Assembly (NCBI RefSeq): GCF_964204645.1
Contig: NC_134028.1
Span: 2,046,001 to 2,110,000 of the forward strand
Direction of reading: 5' to 3'
Origin: Tubulanus polymorphus
Taxonomy: Eukaryota; Animalia; Nemertea
DNA length: 64,000 nucleotides
Each line of letters starts with the position of its first letter. The stretch's first letter is position 1. This document shows positions 21,126-34,400 of the stretch, one piece after another. The notes beneath the pieces were generated by a model. The model saw only the letters and a list, made by a program, of their open reading frames with translations, was not told the DNA's origin and did not search any database. A program made the translations under genes and the position numbers.

Positions 21126-24114
21126 GGCCATCGTGTTATCAACAGGGCTCGAAACGTTAGATATTTACCGACTTATCCAGTGATTTGTCGCACTTGTATT
21201 TATTTTTGTTTGACCATCGCTTCTTTGCTAGCAGAAGAAATCCGTAAATCAAGTGAAAAGAGTTTGTCTGGATGATGTATACACCATTTAGACCCATATT
21301 GTCTGAGCAAGTCGCAGGGCGCGCACTAATATAATGTCTGGCACTCGATAATCATATCAATCTTTACCATACAGGTGTAGAGTATTTCGCAAATATTTTG
21401 CCAACGAATCAGGTGACAAACTGCCCCGCAGCAGGTAACGTTACAGTTTATGCTATGATTTGTTAGGTCGCTGAGAGAACCACTGACGTTCGTTGCGATT
21501 CGAGGAGTTTCAGAAACGTTCGCGAGGAGACGTTGAACTTCCCGTTGGCAGCGTTCACTGTGTCAGTAGAGAACGCGTTACGTCAGGTGTTCATCTGTTG
21601 CTCTTCACGCTGCAACTATAACCAGCTAAGTTCGAGATGTTTATCCGTCTCTTACACCGCATTCGCTGGGACTAGGTAGATGTTTTTTTGTATGTATCAA
21701 TTAGTGTTTGAAACGAGTTTGTGTTCAGTATCGAGATAAGCTGTATAAAAGTTATTGCTGAGTTTCCAACTTCTTTAGATCGAACTTCACTTCGTAAAGA
21801 TCAACTTCCTCCTAGCATATCGCTGCACGATTTATAGTGCAATAGATTGAGAACGTTTTCAAGAAAATCTTAACCACGTCGGATCTTAATTCAAACAGTG
21901 TTTACAAGGCGTCTAGTGAAATATATCATTACGTGGTGAATTCTCGACTGGAAAAATATCGAGAACTGGTTTAAAAATGATAGAAGTCTGATTTGCTGAT
22001 AGTGGATTCACATTGAATATATAAGTTATTTATCGGATTCGGAAGACGAGTCTACTAGTCTCAAGAAATACTGCGAAAATTCGGTAAACGTTTCCAATGA
22101 TTTATCATCAACAAACGCAATTGTCTAGACCCGTAATCACCTTATATATTATTCAAAAATCCGAACAACAAGCAACGGAATTCATAGGATAAAAATCATT
22201 CGTCTGAAAAAAACAGGTAAAATTTATCATCGCTTGGTGTTGTTGTTTTTTTAAAGTTAGCATTCCGTACCGATGTAACTAAACTAATTAAAAAGTCCAC
22301 TCTCGGATGTTACCAGTCCCTTCTCGGAAAAACCTTGCCAATTTTCTATGTATCGCAAACTGTATCGGGTGTTGTGTTTATACAACCCTTACTATTTTGT
22401 TTAAAACATCTGAAGCAAAGGTAAGTATTTTTCTTAAAGCACGTTTACTAGCTGAAACTACCTGTTAGGTCCGCGTAAAATCTTCATTCTTATATCGTGA
22501 TATCGTAATTCGAAGTAGATATTCGGGGAAATCTTTTGAAGTTGGAATATCTCATTTCTCTATTACATAATCGGCGACGAATGTCTGCTCGGCACGCTTT
22601 TCGAATGAACGATGATTAGATTACTATTTTTTGGATAACGTCCCGGAGGTTTTTTTCCGGTATATTTGTTTCTGGTTTTGATGTATATAAAGTACGTGTC
22701 TCCATTACTGTCATCACTTCATATAATTACTATTCGCATTCAGAAAATATTTAGCTGTCAGCTTCGCGAGATATTCGCAGTATCTATGATATGACAAATT
22801 AATTCAATAATGACATTCGTGTCGCACCGTATTGTGAAATGTGATTGCTATTTCTTATACCAGGAGGAAAAATGTGAAGTGTCATCAAAAAATAGGCAAA
22901 CCCGATCTATGCGTGTAGGAATGTTGATTCACTTGTGGAAAGATATAACTATACCAACGTGGCTTCGAGCGATAAAACCACCAAACTTCACAACTAACAT
23001 AACCTTACATATATAACATTATTATAGATTTATATATATATCAAAATGATTTTAAACGTTTTTTAACGGATCTAAAATCATAAAATCATCATGTGTTCGT
23101 TTTCTTAGAGCACTTAGTATAATATATATATATATATATATATAAAAAAGAAAGTGCACGTCTTTTAACCTCGCAATCGCGTCGTCAGAAATATGTTGTT
23201 GTCTGTATATCTTTATACAATATACACCACAAGTCATTAATCATCTAGAGTCTTCTCATTCCGAACTTCACAAATCTAGACGGGAATATGACTGTACAAA
23301 GCAAAATTCAATACAATTTTCCCATGTCTTTGTCGATGGAAGCAGCAAATATTGCGCGCCACCACTTTTAGGGCTGTGGGACAATTTGAATTTACGCTTG
23401 ATTTACATAAATGATAGTAAATTTATGCTTTTTGTACGATACAGAAGCGAAACGTTAGATTCCGAGCAGGTGTTAGTAGAATCGGTAGAATTACGGCAGA
23501 CGAAATTGAGAATTATTGGTTATTAGCATCAGTAAATGAAGTATGGAAATCAGATAAACTTATGAACTTCTGTACAGTGATGTAGAACATGTTTATATCT
23601 GGTAATGTCGGTTATTGTTGATCGCTGCGATCATACGGCGTTTTGCCCCCCTCCGTTTAGCCCCGGTTCAACCTCACTCCTTACTAGAGACAAAATCCTA
23701 CCAGAATGATGCTGTGGCAAGTGAAGTGAGTCACTTTCAGAATCAGTTAGCACGTTCACGCGCGGAATGAATTTGGACAGTGTCAAACAGACACGGACCC
23801 ATTTGGCGTCTGTGAACGGTTTGCCCCGGCCAAACGCTCGTGTGATTGCGGCTAATGGCTATAACTATAATCTATCATGCTGGTTCAGGGAGACGGAGAT
23901 AGCGTGGACTATAAAACGAAAATCCACGTGTTGCCCGAGTGTGGCGTCTCACTAACGAGCGAGAAAGAGCTCAGATTGTTAGTTGTTATCTTTTTACCAC
24001 GTGGGAACGGAAGTTCTGATGGTTCTGAAGGAAACGGTGTGTATGAATCTCTTCATTTGTAATGACATGGAAAGACTACAGGATCGTTTCCTGCATGTTT
24101 CTATATACACCAGT

Positions 24115-24147
24115 CCTCGTCGTCGTCGTCGTCCTCGTCGTCGTCGT
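24115..24147. repeat. (CGT)n microsatellite
   Basis: cctcgtcgtcgtcgtcgtcctcgtcgtcgtcgt. Confidence 0.8.
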
Positions 24148-24561
24148 GTAGATTATCACACGAACGACGGTAAAATACGCTGGTGATACGTGCAATATTT
24201 CTATAAAAGATTGTCACATCTCATTTGACAGCCCAGTGATTGACTAATGCGCTGCCTTGTTGCGACGTACAGCCACAAAAAGGAGGGAGCATTTTAACTG
24301 TTTGGCATTTACTTCATTACTAAAATTGTTTCATTATCTTTTCGCTCAAAAGTTCACTAATAAACTTAATAGTTCCAACCATGTTTATTTTCTGTCAATT
24401 TTTTTTCAGCGAGTCAATTCGTTAAATCGTAGATAATCACGTGACTAGTGTCGCCATTTTATCATACGTCGTCGGCTCATTTGATCTTTATCAGAAATCA
24501 CAACTCATGAGTTCAAACGTTCACGGACAATGCGTATTATGCTGAAAATACGACAACATAT

Positions 24562-24848
24562 GTTTTATTTTTTATACACCGGGTTAAAAAGGAACAATAA
24601 GCCACATATAGTCTAGCCGTGTATAAGGATTTTTTATACTGACGCTTTTGACAACAATGACGAACTTGCCCGAGGTGTTTCCAGCTGGCATTTCCCGCTG
24701 CCACTGGAAACCGCTCGAAAAACTGGTCTCAAACAGGAAAAAACGGCAGCAGGAAAAACCTATTGCGAATTTTCACCCATCCCCTGAAAACTAGGCTTTT
24801 ATCCGCGGTATATTGATAAGTTATGTGTATGGTTTATAAAATAATAAC
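24562..24848. mobile_element. Possible MITE with imperfect AT-rich TIRs
   Basis: gttttattttttatacacc ... ggtttataaaataataac; internal hairpin tttccagctggc ... gccactggaaa. Confidence 0.35.
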
Positions 24849-27800
24849 ACCCTTCTTAAAAATCAGATTTCATTTTCCCGCATCATAGTTTTTGTGTACA
24901 GATCCACAAAATTTCTATTGAGTTTAAATATGAACTTTTAGATTGAATTTTGGAGATTATCAATGAATCATTTCGCAATGTGTAGATATGTTGTATGTAA
25001 TGTATATTCGATACGTCCAATAAAATGATCTACGCGTTAATACGTATTGGATAAGATGAATGTTCCGAAGGGTTAATTATTTCCACGTGTGTAATTTGTT
25101 GATAATAAGTTGCCGATGCAGGTGTTTCGCCTTGTTTATCAATAGAGATTACGATGGCACCAGGTCTGAAAACCAGGTATAAAATGTAAACCCTCACTCG
25201 TGCAAAATGTATATGCGTAATCAGAGGCGTAATACATCTGAATTACGGATTCTTCCGATTATCTTTTTCTCGTGTCGTGAATTTTTACACATTATTTACT
25301 ATTTCGTTGTAATGAATTTGTCACGCAATATGAAAATTTAATTAGAAAATCTCCGTCATTCTTTCACCACGCGTGATTTCCACGAACGGAATATTTTATT
25401 TGCTTTCGACGCTAATTGTCTTCAAGAGAAGCAACGCGTGGTTAATGTCTGATGCAGTAATTACTATTTCTTCAACTTATTTCAACATTGAAATATTAAC
25501 TTGCAATTATAAAAAAACCCATACGTTTGTTTCTTCTCACTTTATAAATAAGCACTGCTTGAAAGAAAGAATTTGGAAGCTTTGAAGCTTTCGTAAACGA
25601 ATGCCTTCAGTGAAAGTGGTCTTTCTAAGTTAAACTGATCTGGGAAATTCTAACTCCGACCAACACGATTAAAAAAAGCTCTCAAGCGCAAGACGCTGCA
25701 TTATTGCGTTATTTGAAAAGAAATTTCTCTTTATCTCACGTCAGATAAATCCACCCTGATTCCACAGTTTTGAGTTGGCAGCTTAAAGATGCATCAGTTA
25801 TTGACATAGAAATATATTTTCTGCTGGTGTTTGTTTTGATCGCTGTTTTAGTTCTAGATCCGCAAGTTAGGATAATATTCTGACGTTATATTAATCGGTT
25901 TTTAAATACATTTTGCGACAGTGTGTATTTGCGTGAGAAATGTCTAGACGCGGAAATGTTCTTCATTTTTCAGTGTAAAATAGAATGACTGCAATTTCAA
26001 TTTGCGTGTCATTTGCTCGGTTTGTTCGTGACATGTTAGATAGAAAATAATGATTAATTGGAATCCACTCGTAATTGGAAATTTCATATCGAGTTTCAAT
26101 GCACAGATTCAGCTAATTTTACGTCAGACAAACACAGACTGACTGTCGTGACACCGCGACAGATCTCATACGAATCGGACTACCTATCTCCTTATCATTT
26201 TATTGATAGCTCGCTTATCTTTAAAAAAACACCCACCTTTGATAGAACGACCGTATAAAAGTTTCAATTTGATTAAATTTGCTACGAATGAAGACAATTT
26301 TCTTAGAACGAAGACCATACGTCACTAACTGAATGTCTGTTTGAATTTAGGTATTTTATGTAATATGTATGAATAAACAGCTAAACAGCTTCAAAGGTTT
26401 CAGAACGTTGACGGGCGATCAATATAAGGAGAATGATTTGCGAGGCAACTGTTTGCAGATCAGGTATGAAACCGAATTTTAAAGTATATGTATTTAGCGA
26501 ACATCGGACGTTCAAACATTTTGGTGGAAGTATACACAGACTACACGCGTGTTTCGGAATTTGAAGAAGTTATACGAGTCTGGAATTACTCCATCAATCA
26601 TTAATCGTCTGATACATGATAAATCTACTAGCTCTATCTATATGAAACATAACGTTCAGAAAATAACACAATTTTACTTGCTGGGCGATATAGAAATTGA
26701 TCGTTCTTGTCCTTGGATCACGAGGTTGTCATGCCTAGTGACAGAATTGACAGAATCTATTCGTTCGCGTATTACGATGGAAAGAGATAAGAATTCATCA
26801 GTTCAAACTTTATCTATTCACTCATGTATATCACCTATACCCGCCGGTACATATAGACTAATTATATACTGTTGATGCCGTTTTGCCTTAAAATCACCTA
26901 TAAAATATCCACCCTACTGTCGAGACATTCTATAACATCGCATCGTTCCGTTCGCGAGGGCCATTAGCAATTTCAATATGAGAGTTTGATGTGATTTTGA
27001 TGCGAATTCCCGCGACATGTCGATCATTGAAATCTGATTAACTCTCGACATCCGTTATCGTGATATTATAAAGTGTATGCGCTTATATTTCAGTTTCATG
27101 TTTAGATTGTCTAGGACATTATACGTATATACATCATCGCAATCGGATTTTTTTTTTGTACAGTTTGGACTACGAGAATTCTGACCTTTAATCCGCGTTA
27201 CCAGAGTCTTTAAGATGACCCCGGGACACTTAACTAGCCCTCCCACATTCCATAATCTTCCTTCCATTAGTCCGTACGGAAATTGGCCGATGAGTATTAC
27301 ATCGCTAGAAGGGGTCGATATAAATCGCTTTAGTATTTTTCTATCTGGGTTCAAGTGTTCCCTGTTGGATGTTATTAAACCAAGCTCGAAACATTATCTA
27401 CAATTCAAGCTGTTTTTCTGTTAAGTGTTCCGTGAATCTCATCTTCTTCTTTCCTCTGGGTTTTTTCTTTCTCGCTCAGTGAAGTTGATTTGACGCGTTC
27501 TATTACACTGTTTGCGCTGCTCGATGTAAATATTTACATGGAGAAAGTTCTTTCTTATCAAGATTTCATTGTTTTCTTCCAATTCGTTTTGCGGATATGC
27601 CGGTACCAAGGTAAAGATAAAGTAAGTTCCATAGAGTTAAGTGAAGGTCAGATTGCCTTCGAGGTTTAGCCAATGGAATCCAATGGAAGTCAACTTAAAT
27701 TTCATCAAATCTAAAGCTAACACGATTGCATGCCCGCATCGCTATGCGTCATTACCAAAATATTTACATCATTTGATTTTGTAGAACTACTGTAAAATTC

Positions 27801-30076
27801 TGTAGAGCATACGATCGGCTTAAAGTATCAGTAACTTCGGTTCAGTGAATTGGTAGATTATTTCACAGAAGCCCAAACATTTCGGTGTCCAGTGAAAACT
27901 TAAATTTCGTTCACGAGTTTGAAATTCGTACCGCCTGTTTGTGACATTCCCGTGATTACAATGCAACCCAAACTAAGCCACCACAACTACGATCAATGCC
28001 AGCCGCGGTTAAAAGTCGTGACGGACTGGAGGAAAGTCAGGAGTATTTCACACAAGGTTGAGACATTGATCTCGAGTGTTGTGGATGTGTTTGTTACAGC
28101 CAAGTTGACAGGATTTAAGAATCATCAAACTCCAGACTAACCTGTTTAAACACAACTAAGCTCATTTTCGCTTTCATAGAAAACTCTTTATATCAAGTGG
28201 ATAAATAAAAGATACGCAGCATACGGAGATACACCGAGATGAGAAGACTATAAAAACTGAGTTTATGTCAGGCATTCAAACAATACTGTGGGTGTCATAG
28301 AAATATTTTTCGTTCCTAATTACCTAATTTCATCGAGCCATTTCAACGAGGAGTGGTCTTTAATCGCATTATCACTTCAACGAGTTTCTGTCGTTCATTA
28401 TTCATCTCGAAATAAAAGAAACTACTGAGAAGTATTTGTTAGTAGGAATCAATATCGCAAACACGAAGATATTTCTGCCTCTTGATATTGTTGTTTGGTT
28501 GCTTGTGTTTTTCTGTCTACATATACTTGTACGGAGAGCTTTCAAAAGTAATACAGTCAATGCGATCGATCAGAGAGAGTGTCAAACAAAGATTTAGAAT
28601 CAAAACCAGTACCCGAAACTTAATACTGTCCATCGTGACGCTTTATTGATGAATTCGAGTGTGAAATCGACGCGAGAGACGTCTCTTATTTATTGTCATC
28701 TTGAGAGATCTTCTACCACAAATCACATCTGGTTCGGTTCATGGGTCCGTGTATATACGTTACGGATTGCGAATCGTGATCTACGCATATTGAGTTAGTG
28801 ACGGCATTCGATCGCTTTCTCCGACCGCAATATATATATCGACTGATCGCTACACAGATTGCTCGCCGAAAATACGGACAGAAAAACAATTTATTAAACC
28901 TTCGTCGATTCTTAGAGATCAACGATGAATTAATTCATCGACGATTTCGTGGTGGTTCGACTCACCAGTAGACAATCGGTTCAAATTTTTCAAAAAGCGG
29001 CTATGATTTTCAGGCTCGAGCCAGGATTTTTCTAAGACTGATCCAAACAGCCAAAGAGGCAATTTCGTCCAAATTTCAAAGCGTACAAGGGCCATTTTTA
29101 GTCAAATCAAAGTTCTTTTTAACAAGGACTTTGGCTTTTTTCTAAAAATGTCCCCCTTTCCGAAGTAAATTCCGGACCTTTGAAATAAGGCACATGGAAA
29201 TATTTTACGCGAACCCCTCGAATTGATTTTCGAACTGATAAATCTAATCCCAGGAAAGCTAACGAGACCATTATTTTTCCTAATGGTCGAAAGTGACTAT
29301 ATTGAATGGACACCGGATACAAATTCGTATCAGTAACAAGCTTTATCTTCCATTTTGTATTCTTCTAAAAATCTAACTATGGAAAGGCAATAATTTTTCG
29401 GTCCGATGGACTGGTTTCGTTAAACGTATATCAGATAATGCGCTGCACAAGTGAATTCAACGGCTGGCTTATCCGCTGATAAGTAACATTGATTTCTTTT
29501 GGTCTGCGGATATGGATCCTTCCAGTCTGCTGTCTGCAGGATAATTTCACCTTGTGTTTTTTTCCTCGCTGGAATATTGGATTTTCTGGGTTAATGGACT
29601 TGTACTTCGCAATAGTTTGGAGAACTGCGACGTTGAATAACCAATTATCTTCAGGTGACGAACTTATCACAGTCGGTTAGTCCCCGAGACCTTGTGTGTC
29701 TAGGGTCCCCTCGGATCTTCTTACTACGCATTTAACTACATGTAACAATTCGCATACACTTGATTACTTTGGAGCAGAACCGAAAATTGCTACGTCAGTC
29801 ATTATCGATGGACGGACTTTTTTACCAACAGATATTTCTTCTGTCATTGCGAACACGTTAAAGGCTCGTACTATCCACGTTTGTGTTTTCTGAGTGAATC
29901 GTTGTTTGAAGTTGTAGTCGCGCGGAGACGGTTGTACTGAGGCCTGTGTTCTTTGGGTTAATTGCTGGATAAAAGCGAGGAGGAGTGCACGGATTTGATT
30001 TGGAAATAAGTAGCTCACTCGCGGATTCTTTAGTTTTAACAGTTTTTGCTGGTGTTAGATCGTATATAGATCGTAT

Positions 30077-30250
<174 letters not shown>

Positions 30251-31063
30251 TTATTTCTCACAAAATTTACAAATTTGCGAAGAGCAAAAGCCAGTTACAA
30301 GATACATTATTATACAAATTACAGACAATGAAAATTGACAGTACATACAATTGGTGGACGTATGCAACAAGTGCATTATCTGGCATTTATGCGCTTAGGT
30401 AACAAAGTATCTTAAACATTTCTGTATATATAAAATGAGGTTTTTTAATTTCAGAGTTCGTTGTTTTGTTGCTGGAGCCAGAATTCTATAATAGACGAAG
30501 AAGAGTTCTTTTTCTTTTTAAATTGATATAGGAAGCGATATCTAGAATAGCATATATATTTTGAAAAATCGAATCCACATTGACAAATAGAAGTATCACT
30601 AAGGTCTCTACCGAACGTAGGGTGCTTAAAAACGGTTGACACAAAGCTCGCAGGTGATTATGCGAAAAACATTTCCTGCTTTTGATTGGAGCTCGTAAAT
30701 CGTGCTATTTAGGGATAAGCGAAATGGAATGTATACAAAATGACGTTGTTTATCAAAAAATAAATCGGCCTCGTTATACTCTGAATTGATTTGACAACCA
30801 CGACGCCTCTTTTATCTTATTAAATGTTATAGATTCACGGTATATGTCGTGGTCGGGTAATAAAATGATATTGAGTAATAACATCTCAAGGACTGCTTTT
30901 TATCATTTAATAATGCCCATGCGTACAGATGGTCGTTTATATTCACTTATCTCTATGATTTAATTCTCTCTTCGTCTCATGTCGCAAATGATTTTTCTAT
31001 CTAGAAACGGAATAATAGACACGAATAATACGTGTAACATTAATTGACTAATAAATCGATGAT

Positions 31064-31439
31064 AACAGGACCGACAGATTGATCTAACAGGGCTTAGAGA
31101 CTGATCTAACAGGACCGAGAGACTGATCTAACAGGACCGAGAGACTGATCTAACAGGGCTTAGAGACTGATCTAACAGGACCGAGAGACTGATCTAACAG
31201 GACCGAGAGACTGATCTAACAGGACCGAGAGACTGATCTAACAGGGCTTAGAGACTGATCTAACAGGACCGAGAGACTGATCTAACAGGACCGAGAGACT
31301 GATCTAACAGGACCGAGAGACTGATCTAACAGGGCTTAGAGACTGATCTAACAGGGCTTAGAGACTGATCTAACAGGAACGAGAGACTGATCTAACAGGG
31401 CTTAGAGACTGATCTAACAGGGCTTAGAGACTGATCTAA
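31064..31439. repeat. 22-bp minisatellite, 17 copies, two interspersed variants
   Basis: Unit GACTGATCTAACAGG[ACCG|GCTT]AGA. Confidence 0.97.
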
Positions 31440-34400
31440 TGAATCTATTTTCAGTGCTCACAATAAAAACCGATTCAACCAGTATCAAAGCGGAAGTGGT
31501 TTTGTCATTGTTATTGATTTCTTTCGGTAGGTTTCTCATCCCTGTGTTATGAGATATATACACGTAACGCATTTTCTATTTGCTGATAATTTTGCCTGGC
31601 ATACCACACACCAGGTAAAATGTCATCCAAAGGGCGAGACATGTATGTGAAAAGGGCGATAGACTTCACGAGACGAGAGTCCGGGACCACGCGCTACCGC
31701 CATCTATGATACGTAGGACGCGCTGGTTGGCTTCAGTAGCCAATCAGACCACTTCTATTTTTGTTCCTCTCTCTGCATATTTACATTACAATTGGGACGT
31801 AAAATCAAGATGTACTTCGATATAGTTTTATATATGATTTAGGAGCCTATTAGGCATCAGTGTATTGATTTTAAGCAAATAGTGCGTTTCGGGCGCCTGG
31901 CCAAACCAGCACACGTCGAGCTTTCATTCTCACGATCATGTTTCACTTGAGGGAGGAAAAACTCTAATTTACTCCAACTACTTCTCTCCTGAAAGCTGAA
32001 AAATTGAATTGTTTACAACGTTAGATTTACTTTCTGTACTTAGTAAACCCAGTTCATAATTGAATTTACGTTGAGTTGTGTATCCAGAACAGTCAGTCTG
32101 ATTGTATGCATGCATACGGGTTTCTGCGGAATTGAATTCAACTGTTTGATCTGCGGGGAGAAGTTTTTCAGGTTTTCAGCATCGACGACAAATCAGCACA
32201 AGGACTCTGGATAAAATCGGGAAATCATTAAAATAATCGATGTCTATTTCTATTTCCATTTAAGCATTTCGCCATGATTCTAATCTAAGGTCGAAGGGGT
32301 AAAGTATTCGTCTATTTTTCCCCTCGTCTGGAAGTGTTTTCTGGCGGTGCTAAATTGTTTTGACATGAAGTGTGTGTGTAGGTTCATGACGATGAATTTA
32401 GTCCCTTGATAGGCAGTATAACAACGTAAAAGCCTAAATCTAATTTCCCTTTATCGACCCATATAAACTACTATAGTATATATTATTTATAGCGGTATTT
32501 GATGTTGAAATATTTCGAATTTCTGTTTAGTCTGTGCAGATACGCTTGTTAAAACATACAGGTTATTACGCATACTTTCACGGCACTAGAGAAAACGTTT
32601 CTCGTACGCAACAGTAAATTTGCTCTGCGGTTTTCAGACCGATCCGAACTCATCACTTTCGAGCGGCTGATTCTGAATTCCGTTCTGCTCGTCCCGTACC
32701 GCCCGCTCATCTTATTTTCGTTTTATGTTACCAATATTCGTACGATTCCGTTTTGCAATACGAATCGCCAGTTCATCTAGTTCTCTGCGCGTCCGTGTTC
32801 ATTCTCGCCAGGATAGTGGACGGGAACGTATGCGCGACTAATGCAAATTAGCAATGATGATACAAACGGTAGTATCTGAAAACTGTTACAGTTAATTTCC
32901 TGGCTGACAATCAAGCCACAGATAAAAACAAGTCCGTATTCACCAGAAAAATTGCCATATTTGATAGTTACAGATATAGATGCAATCTATATAAATTCAG
33001 AAACCTAAAGTTTCCAAGTGTTTTAAGACAATTTATTCCAAAAGTGCCGTACGTGGTTAGGACATATAATAAAGATACATCTACAATAGTGTGAACTTGA
33101 AATCTATATGAGTCGTCATTCTGGATCGTTTGGTTTGTAAGCGCAGGGGTCTGCCAAGTTAGAGAATTTCACAACAAAACTCATTTTCTTGGAAATCTCT
33201 TGTGCAGAGCGAACAGGCTGTTTTCGTCGTTTTCGTAAATTATCCGTCGAACATTTTGTAAGCAACTTTATGATACATATTTGTTTATTAAAGAAAAAAA
33301 ATAGTAAATAAAGGAAATTTATGAACCTTTTATTTATGAACGTTTTAACAAAGTGAATAATAATCTTCATAGTCAAGTGTAACTAAATAGATTAAAATGT
33401 GTACCAAAAATAATTCTGTATCTTACGAAGAAGCCTTATTGACAAATCTGCGTCGACGTTTGAGATGAGAGGCTTAACTGATGAAATCAAGCCTTACGAC
33501 TACCTTATCAAACGGATCAACTCTAATTATATCATTATACATTATTTGGGATTCTTCTTTAGGCAGGTAATTCTCGTGGGGAAAATCTATCGTTAGATTT
33601 CAGTTAACTGATTAACAGATGAAATAGAAATTTCACCTAGAGGAAATATGTTTGTACGGTAGAAATGTGATCTGAATAATTGTAAAAAAGATAATCACTT
33701 TTTTTCATTTGAATTGTGATTTTCAGATTTTCTGACCATCATTTTCCATCAACGGAAGAACTACTGAATCATCTCTGTAATCTCTCGTGCATATCAAATT
33801 ATCGTCACGTAGGAAAGTAAGTGTCTGTCTGTGGCTGTTTTTATATATGTCTGTCAGGACATATCATATTGACTATGACACGGTACAATTGGCATTTTAC
33901 AACAAACATGACGGTATAAATACTTTTGCTGTCATGTTTACAGCTCTGGCGGAGACAGTCAAAGATAGCAAAGCGTTATCTCTTGTTTGAATTGTGACGA
34001 CGAACAAACGCGTATGGATATATACTTGATCTTACTGGTCAAATATAATACTACACAGTTTAGGAGAGATATTTTCATCAGTTCTTTCGATTTTCTGCGC
34101 CCCAGTAGGCAGATACGTTGATGTGATTAGATAAAATCGGAAATGTGAGCGGTGGGCCAATTTGCTCCGTATTTGACTATTTTGACGTCAAATATACAAT
34201 CAGATTTACAGAGACAGACGCGAGACGCGAAGATAAAGATAAATGAGTTACAGAAAAAAACAAAGAAAAACGTCACTCTCTCTCTCTCGCTATGCACCAT
34301 TCGAAGCATTTATTGATATGTATTTGTAAGACTTGGTAACAGTAGTCGTGGTCATTATCTTTATACCTCAAAAAGCAGCTGTTACTAAGTTGAAAAAAAA

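Noticed and set aside
23983-24186. ORF with a protamine-like PRRRRRPRRRR stretch
   Set aside because: It arises from a (CGT)n microsatellite; there is no other support.
27291-27303. 13-nt match (TGAGTATTACATC) to the 5' end of miR-12
   Set aside because: The 3' half of the mature sequence differs and no complementary arm forms a pre-miRNA hairpin.
31064-31439. CRISPR-like array
   Set aside because: The variable part is only 4 nt with two recurring states, there are no unique spacers or cas genes, and the context is eukaryotic.
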